32,000 nt of DNA from Raphidiopsis brookii D9 (GTDB lineage Bacteria; Cyanobacteriota; Cyanobacteriia; Cyanobacteriales; Nostocaceae), in NCBI GenBank assembly GCA_000175855.1, contig ACYB01000046.1, positions 90,001-122,000 of the forward strand, given 5' to 3'. Shown in pieces: positions 1 to 8,842 of the stretch (position 1 is its first letter; each line of letters begins with the position of its first letter). The notes under the pieces were generated by a model. That model was not told the DNA's origin and made no database searches. It worked only from the letters and a program-made list of their open reading frames with translations. The position numbers and the translations under genes were made by a program.

Positions 1-1
1 G

Positions 2-1123
2 GTATTTGCTAACTCATCCGTTCCCGAAGAGCGCTTATTACGCAGCTTTAAAAATCAACTAACAATTCTGGGCGTTTCCGTACTGTTTATTTTATTGGCG
101 GCGGATTTATCTATTGCTAGTGTTTTTGCCCTGGGTTGGGGCAGTTTATTTACTGTCCTGGTATTAATGTTTGTAGTGCGTCCAATCAATATTCTTTTGT
201 GTACTTGGAATAGTGGTCTGAATTGGCGGCAAAAGTTGTTTTTAAGTTGGGTTGCTCCCAGGGGAATAGTTTCCGCCTCTGTAGCTTCATTATTTGCCAT
301 TTCCCTAACTCAACATGGGATTAATGGTGGAGATGCCATTAAGGCTTTAGTATTTCTGACTATTATTATGACTGTTTTTTGTCAGGGCTTAACAGCTTCA
401 TGGCTGGTGAAATGCCTAGGAATTACTTCAGAAAATTTAACAGGAGCCTTGATAGTTGGCTGTAATCCCCTCAGTTTGCTGATTGCTCGCTTTTTCCAGG
501 AAAGGGGAGAGAAAGTAGTAATAATTGATACTGATTCAGAATATTTAGCTCAGGCAGAGGCTCAAAATTTGCCCGTGCTTGTGAACAGTGCTTTAGATGC
601 TCAGGTTTTGGAAAATGCGGGTATTGCTAAAATCGGTACATTTATAGCAATGACTAACAATAGAGAGGTGAATTTTGTTTTGGCGCAACGAGCAGCTGAA
701 GAGTTCAATCCACCCCGAGTTTTAGCCATATTCCCCAGAGATTCTCATGGTAATGTTTCAGTTCATAGTAGAGTGAGTCAGGCTTTTGTTTCTGACCTAC
801 CAATAAAAACCTGGAATGAGTATTTGAGTGGTGGTAGGGTGAAATTGGGCAATACAACTTTAAACGAAGAAGAATTTGAAAGTCAACAGCAGCATATTCA
901 GGAAAAGATTCGCACTGGCGTACTAGTGCCTTTGTTACTGGAAAGAGAAGAAAGATTACAGGTAGTATCGGTGAATGAAACTTGGGAAGTGGGCGATCGC
1001 ATTATTTATCTGTTGTATGATTCCCGACCAAGTCTGTTAAAACTGCTCTCTGGATCCAGTCAGTCTGGGGTTTTAGCCTTAGAAACTTTACCGGAGGTGG
1101 AGGTGGACAGTTATTATTTGTAG
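2..1123 (+). CDS. Sodium/proton antiporter (CPA1-like) C-terminal part with TrkA-N type NAD-binding domain; 5' end truncated by window edge
   Basis: The frame of the 95..1123 ORF stays open to the window start (VFANSSVPEERLLRSFKNQLTILGVSVLFILLAADLS...). It has membrane helices, 'SWVAPRGIVSASVASLFAI', then a Rossmann-like region 'ALIVGCNPLSLLIARFFQERGEKVVIIDTD'. Confidence 0.85.
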   Translation, partial: VFANSSVPEERLLRSFKNQLTILGVSVLFILLAADLSIASVFALGWGSLFTVLVLMFVVRPINILLCTWNSGLNWRQKLFLSWVAPRGIVSASVASLFAISLTQHGINGGDAIKALVFLTIIMTVFCQGLTASWLVKCLGITSENLTGALIVGCNPLSLLIARFFQERGEKVVIIDTDSEYLAQAEAQNLPVLVNSALDAQVLENAGIAKIGTFIAMTNNREVNFVLAQRAAEEFNPPRVLAIFPRDSHGNVSVHSRVSQAFVSDLPIKTWNEYLSGGRVKLGNTTLNEEEFESQQQHIQEKIRTGVLVPLLLEREERLQVVSVNETWEVGDRIIYLLYDSRPSLLKLLSGSSQSGVLALETLPEVEVDSYYL

Positions 1124-1295
1124 AATAGATGAAGCCACATTTGAAAAATGGGAATATAATTTAAGAAATCAAGTTTCTAGTTGGGCATGGCAGAAATGGC
1201 TGTGACTGCAAACCCCAAGTAAGTTATGTTAGTTGCCCGCCTTTCGCCTGCTGGAACTAGCTGACAGCAACTAAGTCGAGTGAACGATTCAGATT

Positions 1296-2564
1296 ATGTC
1301 TTACGTCTCCGTCCTGAAAAGCATTCCAGAAATATTAGGCCAGCCTACAGGAATAGCTGCCATAGCTTCTCTTGGTATCCATGGGGCTATTGCCTTGATT
1401 GTGCCATTAATGCCCATTGATTCCAATCACAATCAGACTGCACGAACTGATACGACGAAGGCTGTGGGACTAATGGAACTGAGTCCTGCTGACCAAAATA
1501 GACTGCCACAGTCTACTCATTCAGCCCAAATAGCCGCCCAGCTCCCCCAACTGGCCTTACAATCCCAAATTCCCTTGGGTGGTTTGAGTGTTGCTGGACA
1601 ACCCCTAGAACCTCCTGTTCAGCCAGTTTTACCCCCTCCCCTCTTACCTCCTATCCCTACGTCTTCTTCTAACTACAATCTTTCTGTATTGCCTCAAAGG
1701 CAACCGTTGCCAAGGATCCGCACCACTAGTGTGGATATCCAGGCTAGTGGTTTACGCTTCAAAAATAAATTTTCTTCCCGCTCTTCATCAGCATCTCCTT
1801 TTGTCGATAATATAGATGACCAAATTAGACTAAATCAATCTACGGTTAGTAAGTTACCACAAGTTGATAACAAAATAACCGCAGAAATACCAAGTGAGCC
1901 TTTAAATAATCCTTCCCCCACTAAGATTGATATTGACTCTACTGCAAGCACACAAGACACTGGGGGAATAGGTCAAAACCAGTCTTCAGTTACCTCTGAC
2001 TCACAGCAAAATGGAACTGGTTCCAATCCATCTTCTCCTTTGGCCACTGCAGACCAGTTAGGTGGGCCCATTGCAGTTGTTCCAGACTCTACAAAGCCAC
2101 AGGAACAAGTGCCTAGTCTGCCCAGTTCCCAACCGGAAGTACAAACTCCCGCATCCCAAGAGAATGATGCTAGAACTCGAAAAAAACAACAAATACTAGC
2201 TAGGTTGGAATCCTATAGTAAACTCAGACAAACCACTCTTAAGGAATACCCTAACTCTAAAGAACAGTCCCCAATCCGACAAAGTGTGCCTGTGAAGAAC
2301 CAGGATATGGAAGGTGTGGTTTTCGGTCGTTTGGTTGTGGATCCGGATGGCAAGGTTTTGGATATTAAGTTTCAAGACCAATCGTTGTCTCCCCAACTCC
2401 AATCTCAAACCCGGGAGTTTTTTAATGCCAATCCCCCTAAAGGTGAACAGAACATTAGTTCTTATCCTTTCCAACTCCGTTTCAAGTTGGTCAATAATAC
2501 CAGTGAGAACAGTCCTAAAACATCTTCAAATGCGGAAAACCTCCCTCCAACAACCCCAAAGTAG
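1296..2564 (+). CDS. TonB-like / energy-transducer-like protein, proline- and Q/S-rich linker
   Basis: 422 aa: N-terminal hydrophobic anchor (GIAAIASLGIHGAIALIV), long low-complexity P/Q/S linker, C-terminal 'VFGRLVVDPDGKVLDIKFQDQSLSPQLQ...YPFQLRFKLV' resembling a TonB C-terminal fold. Confidence 0.6.
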   Translation: MSYVSVLKSIPEILGQPTGIAAIASLGIHGAIALIVPLMPIDSNHNQTARTDTTKAVGLMELSPADQNRLPQSTHSAQIAAQLPQLALQSQIPLGGLSVAGQPLEPPVQPVLPPPLLPPIPTSSSNYNLSVLPQRQPLPRIRTTSVDIQASGLRFKNKFSSRSSSASPFVDNIDDQIRLNQSTVSKLPQVDNKITAEIPSEPLNNPSPTKIDIDSTASTQDTGGIGQNQSSVTSDSQQNGTGSNPSSPLATADQLGGPIAVVPDSTKPQEQVPSLPSSQPEVQTPASQENDARTRKKQQILARLESYSKLRQTTLKEYPNSKEQSPIRQSVPVKNQDMEGVVFGRLVVDPDGKVLDIKFQDQSLSPQLQSQTREFFNANPPKGEQNISSYPFQLRFKLVNNTSENSPKTSSNAENLPPTTPK

Positions 2565-2580
2565 GTAGTTGAAATGGCTT

Positions 2581-2625
2581 ATTTAGTGGAGAGTCATCAC
2601 ATCATAGTTTTGATCTCCACTAAAT
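2581..2625. terminator. 12-bp perfect inverted repeat between convergent gene ends, probable bidirectional terminator
   Basis: ATTTAGTGGAGA (2581-2592) / TCTCCACTAAAT (2614-2625), 21-nt spacer, lying between the stops of the TonB-like gene (2564) and petJ (2626). Confidence 0.6.
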
Positions 2626-2982
2626 CTACCATCCTGTTTCTGCCATTTGAAAAACATAGAGACCCACCTCTAGAATTTCTTCTTTGGTTAATTTGTTTTT
2701 AAAAGCAGGCATGGCACTTTTCCCATTCTGAATTTGATTCACAATTCCTCCAATAGGGTCAGTATCATAGTTTTCTAAGTATTTTTTCATAGCTGATGTT
2801 TGTAGAGTCTTATTTTGAACAAGTATGTTACCACCCCCTACATGGCAGGAAGCACATTCGGCATTAAAAATTGCATGACCTCTACTTATTTCTGCTGATA
2901 AGACTGGTTCGATAATAAGTGTGAAGCTAAAAAATAGGGCGATCGCTAGAATTAAAACTAATAACGGTAGAGGTCTAGACAA
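2626..2982 (-). CDS. petJ: Cytochrome c6 (soluble cytochrome c553)
   Basis: 118 aa with signal peptide, CASCH heme motif (FNAECASCHVGGGNILV), C-terminal 'LYVFQMAETGW'; TTG start. Confidence 0.9.
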   Translation of the reverse strand: MSRPLPLLVLILAIALFFSFTLIIEPVLSAEISRGHAIFNAECASCHVGGGNILVQNKTLQTSAMKKYLENYDTDPIGGIVNQIQNGKSAMPAFKNKLTKEEILEVGLYVFQMAETGW

Positions 2983-3044
2983 GAAATTTTCCTCCTAATA
3001 ATCACTATTTGATTATATGTTAATGGGATACACAAATAACGTAG

Positions 3045-3444
3045 TTAAACAAGGTCAAACAACGTCAATTGCTTATAATTCGCTCTCTGATTGACCTTAC
3101 TCGTAAGTTTGCTTTTAGGTTCTAGAGTCTGGGGCTTATCCATGCCCGTTTCCGCTTCAGTTTCTACTATAATGAATATCATCAATTACGTCATAGAGAG
3201 TTGCTTCCCATAACTTAGCAGGTAACCGGTATTTGTCTTTTAAGGTGCGTAGCTGTTTGTCAATCTCAAATTTAGAAATGCCCCAGGCTTTCAACGACCC
3301 GAACTCATTCCACAAGTCAGAGCGTAGTTTACCCAAACTCAAAGCAATCAAATCAAGTTCGTTAGATTTCCAGTTATTTAGTTTTTCAGTCCCTAAAATA
3401 GCGATTCTCGTAACGGTTAACTGATTTTTAACTTTGAGTTTCAT
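3045..3444 (-). pseudogene. tnpB: IS607-type TnpB remnant: N-terminus (3157..3444) joined out of frame to a probable C-terminal tail (3045..3173), catalytic middle missing
   Basis: 95-aa ORF 'MKLKVKNQLTVTRIAILGTEKLNNWKSNELDLIALSLGKLRSDLWNEFGSLKAWG...' resembles TnpB N-terminus. A second frame reads 'IIVETEAETGMDKPQTLEPKSKLTSKVNQRANYKQLTLFDLV*'. Confidence 0.65.
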
Positions 3445-3533
3445 GGACTTGGTTTGCTACGTCTTTTATTATTATACCATTATACCCCACTCATATTGAC
3501 TACTATTTGTTTCGTGAATATTTTGCTCTTCGG

Positions 3534-3836
3534 CTATCTTTTTCTTGTAAGCCCGAAGAAAGTAAAGTTTTTCCGCTTCCAGTTCATACCACTAGCAACA
3601 TCCCTGACGACTCGGTATCCTGGGTAAGTTTTGCCTAAAAATTCTATTTGTGTGTCAAGGTCTAACAACTGGGTTTTTGTGCTGACACGGGCGTAAAGAA
3701 CCCGCTCTTTATCCAACGGATACATTCTGGATACATTCTGGATACATTCTATTTTCCCTAAGTCAGCCCATTCTACCGTTGTCTTAGGGTGATAGCCAAA
3801 TTGTTTGTAAACTTGTTCTGGGGTTAGGTATTTCAT
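3534..3836 (-). pseudogene. tnpA: IS607-family serine recombinase TnpA fragment (MerR-like HTH plus start of resolvase domain)
   Basis: 'MKYLTPEQVYKQFGYHPKTTVEWADLGKIECI...VLYARVSTKTQLLDLDTQIEFLGKTYPGYRVVRDVASGMNWKRKNF' then the frame is lost; most of the resolvase domain is absent. Confidence 0.8.
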
Positions 3837-3883
3837 CTTTCGGTTAAATACGATTAACCCCAGTATACTACGTTATTTTGAGA

Positions 3884-3903
3884 TTAGAGAGTCGACTCTC
3901 TAA
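3884..3903. repeat. Perfect 20-bp palindrome TTAGAGAGTCGACTCTCTAA
   Basis: Exact self-reverse-complement between petE stop (3932) and the tnpA fragment start (3836). Confidence 0.9.
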
Positions 3904-3931
3904 CCGTTTTTAAAAACTGAAGCTATATCTT

Positions 3932-4351
3932 TTAGCTGGCAACAGTTATTTTACCCGCCATACCAGCGCCACGGTGGGGAGCACAGTAAAAGGTATAGTC
4001 ACCAGCAGGTGCATCCGCTGGAAAAGTTGTGGTCACACTTTGACGAGTATTCAACAATAATTTACTATGGGACAGGGATTTGGCTAAGGCTTTATCCTTA
4101 CCAGGGTTTTTAACGGGATCAAATACAATGTTATGGGGAGGAACTTTATTGTTAACCCATTTGATTGTGTCCCCGGGTTTAATTGTTAACTTACTGGGTT
4201 CAAATTTTAAGAGTCCTTTGTCAGTACCTAGTTTAATGGTATAGGTTTCAGCTGATGCGGTGGGGGTAAACAGGACTAAAGTGCTAACGGCTAAAACTAA
4301 AGTTAGCACAGTCAAGGTTAAACGCTTCCAATTTGCCATGATTAGTTTCAT
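3932..4351 (-). CDS. petE: Plastocyanin precursor
   Basis: 139 aa with signal peptide; '[19 protein letters not shown]' and copper-ligand region '[19 protein letters not shown]'. Second possible start at 4339 (MANWKRL). Confidence 0.95.
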   Translation of the reverse strand: MKLIMANWKRLTLTVLTLVLAVSTLVLFTPTASAETYTIKLGTDKGLLKFEPSKLTIKPGDTIKWVNNKVPPHNIVFDPVKNPGKDKALAKSLSHSKLLLNTRQSVTTTFPADAPAGDYTFYCAPHRGAGMAGKITVAS

Positions 4352-4412
4352 AATTCTCTCCCGAAATGTAGTTTTATTTTTCCAATCTCATGTTATCTAT
4401 ATTTAACACCAA

Positions 4413-4431
4413 ATATGACAGCTTGTCATAT
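4413..4431. promoter_or_regulatory. Operator-like dyad in the petE promoter region (ATATGACA gct TGTCATAT)
   Basis: 8-bp perfect arms with 3-nt spacer, about 62-80 nt upstream of the petE start codon (minus strand). Confidence 0.5.
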
Positions 4432-4639
4432 AAAAATTTATTTTCCAGGTTATTTTTTATGGATTTAGTCATCTGGAAGGATAAACGCTTTTATTTTTTA
4501 GTTCTACTTATTAAATAATTCCTAGACCAGAGTTGGTGGAGCAGCTGAGAGTTTAATCAAGTTAAACCCCCATACTCTTAGCAAATCAGGACTAGGAACT
4601 AAAAGTATTTTAAAGCAAAAATGTGTCCATTAAAGAAAT

Positions 4640-4663
4640 CTACTAACTAGAGATGTTTAGTAG
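4640..4663 (-). terminator. Weak hairpin at psbV 3' end
   Basis: CTACTAA (4640-4646) / TTAGTAG (4657-4663) overlapping the psbV stop codon. Confidence 0.3.
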
Positions 4664-5148
4664 TATATTTTACCACCACCCCAGCGAGTACCAACGACTT
4701 TGGGTTGGATAAGAATGTAGGCTGATATCTCTTTTAAATCATCCTCTGTGAGGTTTTTCATTTCCGTAAAGATATCGGCGCTCTTGAGACCAGGATGTAT
4801 TTCCGATATATCCTCTTCACCATCGTAAGTTTTAGGTTCCTTGAGAAAGTCCACCAATCCTTCAATGTTGTCACGTGCTGGGACAGCACCCGCCAAAGCT
4901 TCTGGTTCCAGACCCACATTCTGGTTGGTTTTAGTTACACCACCAGCATGACATTGAGCACATGTGTCCTGAAATAGCCTTTTTCCTTGTTGTAACTGCT
5001 TAGAGCTAACAATTATTGTATCACCAGCTTCATTCAGTTTGACAGTTCTCGTCGCTTCATCTAACTCTACTGCGGTTGCACTACCCATAAACAGATGAAA
5101 CGACAGCAAAACAGTGGCCAAAAAGACGCTTATCAGTCTTATAAACAT
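4657..5148 (-). CDS. psbV: Photosystem II cytochrome c-550 (PsbV)
   Basis: 163 aa, signal peptide, heme motif 'CAQCH', 'LVDFLKEPKTYDGEEDISEIHPGLKSADIF', C-terminal 'GTRWGGGKIYY'. Confidence 0.95.
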   Translation of the reverse strand: MFIRLISVFLATVLLSFHLFMGSATAVELDEATRTVKLNEAGDTIIVSSKQLQQGKRLFQDTCAQCHAGGVTKTNQNVGLEPEALAGAVPARDNIEGLVDFLKEPKTYDGEEDISEIHPGLKSADIFTEMKNLTEDDLKEISAYILIQPKVVGTRWGGGKIYY

Positions 5149-5399
5149 ATTTCCCCTTGAAATTTGTCATGATCAAGATAGTTTAAGATAGGAGTAGTTT
5201 TTCCAAGCACAGACAAAACACGGATATTTATCTAGTACTAAAACTTTGATTCTTTAGTTTAAACTAGGGAGGCTTAGGTAAAATCTCCTCGCTATCATTA
5301 ACATCAGCATGAATCAGTTTACCATTTAGGGGATTTGAGATTTCAGATTTTTGATTTATAGCTGGTGATGGATGGGTGGGTTGTGGCTATACTTTAATT

Positions 5400-6326
5400 T
5401 TAGGTTCCAGCCAATAAAACCATATTTACTGCTATGGGCATGGGTTGGTGTAAGGATATCAGTTGGGTTAGGGTATGTTTTAACTGGGTTCGCGGAACAA
5501 TTTCATCTACAAAGCCGTGTTTTAGCAGATCCTCAGCGGTCTGAAAGTCTTCCGGGAGTTTTTCCCGCAGGGTTTGTTCAATTACCCTTCTCCCGGCAAA
5601 GCCAATGGTGGCCTTGGGTTCGGCAATAATTATATCCCCTAACATGGCAAAACTGGCAGTAACACCACCGGTGGTAGGATTGGTCAAGACGGGAATATAT
5701 AGTAAATGAGCATCCTGATGTCGCTGGAGAGCAGCTGAAATTTTGGCCATTTGCATTAAAGATAACATTCCCTCCTGCATTCTGGCACCACCAGATGTAC
5801 AAACTATTACTACGGGATAGCGTCTTTGGGTGGCTTGCTCTATTAAACGGGTTAGTTTTTCCCCCACCACTGAACCCATACTCCCTCCCATAAAACGGAA
5901 GTCCATCACTCCTAAGGCAATGGGTAAACTGTTGATTTGTCCTAATCCGGTTTTCACCGCATCCGTTAACCCGATTTTTTCCTGGGTCTCTCGCAGGCGA
6001 TCGCTATAGGGCTTGCGATCGCGAAAACCCAAAGGATCTGTGGGGCGTAAGTTTTCATCCATGGATGTCCAGGTATTGGCATCTATTAATTGTCTAATGC
6101 GTTCATCACTATGGACCCGATTATGATGACCGCATTCTGAACAAACCATTTGATTAGCTTTGAGATCTTTCGTATAGGAAAGAACTCCGCATTCAGGACA
6201 TTTGTGCCACAATCCATCGGCAATTTCTCGTTCCTGACGATCCAAATTTGTGTTCCCGGATTTACGACGATTTGCAAACCAATCTAATAAAGACTTTAAA
6301 CCGCGGGATTCTTCGTTGTTTGCCAT
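5400..6326 (-). CDS. accD: Acetyl-CoA carboxylase carboxyltransferase subunit beta
   Basis: 308 aa with zinc ribbon '[30 protein letters not shown]', '[28 protein letters not shown]', '[27 protein letters not shown]'. Confidence 0.95.
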   Translation of the reverse strand: MANNEESRGLKSLLDWFANRRKSGNTNLDRQEREIADGLWHKCPECGVLSYTKDLKANQMVCSECGHHNRVHSDERIRQLIDANTWTSMDENLRPTDPLGFRDRKPYSDRLRETQEKIGLTDAVKTGLGQINSLPIALGVMDFRFMGGSMGSVVGEKLTRLIEQATQRRYPVVIVCTSGGARMQEGMLSLMQMAKISAALQRHQDAHLLYIPVLTNPTTGGVTASFAMLGDIIIAEPKATIGFAGRRVIEQTLREKLPEDFQTAEDLLKHGFVDEIVPRTQLKHTLTQLISLHQPMPIAVNMVLLAGT

Positions 6327-6425
6327 TTTTATCTTATGCTTGTTGAACTTTTATTAAGGGCTTTGATGAGGTTTTCTTTCATTTCTCATCTCCTTTAAAT
6401 TATATTACAACACATACATTTCACC

Positions 6426-7253
6426 TCAAGAGTGGGATAGTACAAAGCGCAGGTAATGATCCAGGATGATCTCACCACCAAATATAGAAATCACCGATCC
6501 CCAGGCTAAAAACGGTCCAAAGGGCATTTTTTTGTTCTATTTGACCATCACAGACAATAATTGCCCACAACCTATTAACACCCCAGAAAAGCAGGCTATA
6601 AAACTAGCTACTAATAAGTATTGCCAACCCAGCCAAGCACCCATCATTGCTGCTAGTTTACCATCACCACCACCCATAACTGGTTTGCCATAAAACAAAA
6701 ATCCCAAGCTGGTAATGATGTCAAACAACCATAGGCCTAAAACCATACCACCTATTCCCCAAATTAACTGCCCAATGGCACTAGACCAGGTGTTATGTGC
6801 TACATAACCTAAGGTGGTTTGAAATATTAAACCCAATACTAGTCCTGATTTTGTTAGACTACCTGGTAGGGTCATTGTTTCCCAGTCTATTAGGGATAAA
6901 GCTAGTAACCAACTACAAAAAACCCAATAGCCAATAGTTAGCAATGAAAACTGAAACACCCAAAATACGATTAAAAATATTATTCCTGTCAACAACTCTA
7001 CTAGGGGATAACTGTAGGAAATTTTACTTTGACAATCAGCGCATTTTCCTCTTAACCATAGCCAACCTACAATGGGCAAGTTATGATATACCTTTAATGG
7101 ATTCAAGCAATGAGGACAATGGGAAGAAGGCCACAGCAATGACAATCCCCTGGGTAGTCTGTAAACCACCACATTGATGAAGCTACCAACGCATGCACCC
7201 AGTACTAAAACAATGATATTGCTAGGCACTAAATTTAGCATGATATCAATCAC
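6426..7253 (-). pseudogene. pilD: Type IV prepilin peptidase (PilD/GspO family), interrupted by an in-frame TAG at 6537-6539
   Basis: 238-aa ORF with 'GACVGSFINVVVYRLPRGLS', paired CPHC/CADC motifs and 'GGGDGKLAAMMGAWLG'. After TAG the same frame continues 'NKKMPFGPFLAWGSVISIFGGEIILDHYLRFVLSHS*', a typical prepilin peptidase C-terminus. Confidence 0.8.
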
Positions 7254-7264
7254 TAATTACCGGT

Positions 7265-7525
7265 TTAGTAGACACAAGACTCTATTTGTTGTAAAGGTAT
7301 AAAACACTCCTGTGGTAAAAGAATCGGTTGCTGGGTAAAAATGACCTTACCCCTATAGGTTGTGCGACTAATCGCCACCCCTGATACTTGACCGATAATT
7401 TCTGGATGGACTTGAGAGTAAGTTTGATAAATTTGTCCTGCAGCTTTAATCACGGCGGGATCGATCAAAGCAGTTTGGTTGGGTTGGACACTGAAACTAT
7501 TGAGATCTGGTTGTGAAAGGTACAC
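7265..7525 (-). CDS. Small protein of unknown function, probably conserved in cyanobacteria
   Basis: 86-aa ORF positioned between prepilin peptidase and leuB on the same strand. Confidence 0.5.
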   Translation of the reverse strand: MYLSQPDLNSFSVQPNQTALIDPAVIKAAGQIYQTYSQVHPEIIGQVSGVAISRTTYRGKVIFTQQPILLPQECFIPLQQIESCVY

Positions 7526-7621
7526 TGGAACCCTTTGGTTATTATATAGATGGAATAGATGGAGTTAGATTAGCAAATAATGCTAACTTTTTCCTCCTGG
7601 ACTATCTAACTTATAGACCAT

Positions 7622-8713
7622 TTAACTATTTTTTTCCAGAATGTTCATTAAAGCGTCACCCATAGCTCGACACCCTAAAAGATTCATTCCTGGAGACATA
7701 ATATCTCCTGTGCGATCGCCTTGTTGTAAAACCTGTAACACTGCATTTTCTATGCTGTCCGCTGCTGCTGGCTGATTTAATCCATAGCGTAACATCATAG
7801 CCGCACTTAGAACTTGTGCTAGAGGATTAGCTTTGTCTTGTCCTGCAATATCAGGAGCAGAACCATGAACAGGTTCATATACACCTGGACTGGAGGATCC
7901 TAAACTAGCTGATGGCAACATACCTATACTACCAGTTAGCATAGCTGCTGCATCGGAAAGAATATCACCAAAAAGGTTGCCAGTGACGATAGTATCAAAC
8001 TGCTTAGGGGCCCGAACTAACTGCATGGCAGCATTATCTACGTATAAGTGGGATAACTCTACTTGGGGGTATTCCGGAGCCAATTTATTCATCCCCTCTC
8101 GCCACAACTGAGATACTTCCAACACATTAGCTTTGTCAACTGAGCAAAGTTTGCCACTTCGTTTTTGTGCTGTTTCAAAAGCAACTCTGCCAATTCTTTC
8201 TATTTCTGATTCACTGTAAACCATCGTATTTACACCACGTCTTTCCCCTGTTTCTGTAGCAAAAATACCTTTAGGTTTGCCAAAATAAATCCCCCCCGTG
8301 AGTTCTCGTACCACCATGATATCCACACCCTCTACCACTTCTGGTTTGAGAGTAGAAGCATCTATTAATTGAGGTAGTATTTTAGCAGGTCTTAAATTGG
8401 CAAATAGTTCTAAACCAGCTCTCAATCCCAATAGTCCTGCTTCAGGACGTTTATTTGCAGGTAAAGAGTCCCATTTATAACCACCTATGGCAGCCAATAA
8501 AACTGCATCACTGCGCCTACAAGTCTCCAGGGTATGGGATGGTAGAGGTTCTCCGGTTTCGTCGATCGCCGCACCACCGATTAGAGCAGTTTCAAACTGA
8601 AAATTCAACTTGAATTGCTTACCAACCAGTTTTAGTACATCCACTGCTACTTCCATAATTTCAGGACCAATACCATCGCCAGGAAGTAGGGTAATACTGT
8701 GTTTTTGGGTCAT
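7622..8713 (-). CDS. leuB: 3-isopropylmalate dehydrogenase
   Basis: 363 aa; '[14 protein letters not shown]', '[16 protein letters not shown]', '[27 protein letters not shown]', '[20 protein letters not shown]'. Confidence 0.97.
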   Translation of the reverse strand: MTQKHSITLLPGDGIGPEIMEVAVDVLKLVGKQFKLNFQFETALIGGAAIDETGEPLPSHTLETCRRSDAVLLAAIGGYKWDSLPANKRPEAGLLGLRAGLELFANLRPAKILPQLIDASTLKPEVVEGVDIMVVRELTGGIYFGKPKGIFATETGERRGVNTMVYSESEIERIGRVAFETAQKRSGKLCSVDKANVLEVSQLWREGMNKLAPEYPQVELSHLYVDNAAMQLVRAPKQFDTIVTGNLFGDILSDAAAMLTGSIGMLPSASLGSSSPGVYEPVHGSAPDIAGQDKANPLAQVLSAAMMLRYGLNQPAAADSIENAVLQVLQQGDRTGDIMSPGMNLLGCRAMGDALMNILEKNS

Positions 8714-8842
8714 GATTAGGGTTAGTTAGTATTTTAATTGAGAAGCTTGTTTTTAAAAATATCATTAACAATTAGGCAAACTACAAGCGATCGCCAATGA
8801 CTCATAACGTAAATTGATCCCCATTTCCCATTCCCTACGTTT

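Larger units (their letters stand above)
3045..3836 (-). mobile_element. Degenerate IS607-family element (tnpA + tnpB remnants)
   Basis: Truncated MerR-HTH/serine recombinase start followed by TnpB N-terminal fragment and a frame-shifted C-terminal tail; no full-length ORF. Outer boundaries are not resolvable from sequence alone. Confidence 0.75.

Noticed and set aside
2196-2568. ORFs 2196..2474 (-) and 2314..2568 (+) overlapping the TonB-like C-terminus
   Set aside because: The 1296..2564 frame carries the TonB-like C-terminal pattern; alternatives look like frame shadows.
5149-5399. Possible tRNA or small RNA between psbV and accD
   Set aside because: No cloverleaf, CCA end or T-loop consensus could be found by eye; left unannotated.
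6466-6693. Plus-strand 75-aa ORF over the prepilin peptidase end
   Set aside because: Antisense to the pilD reading frame whose C-terminal motif continues past the TAG; not considered a real gene.
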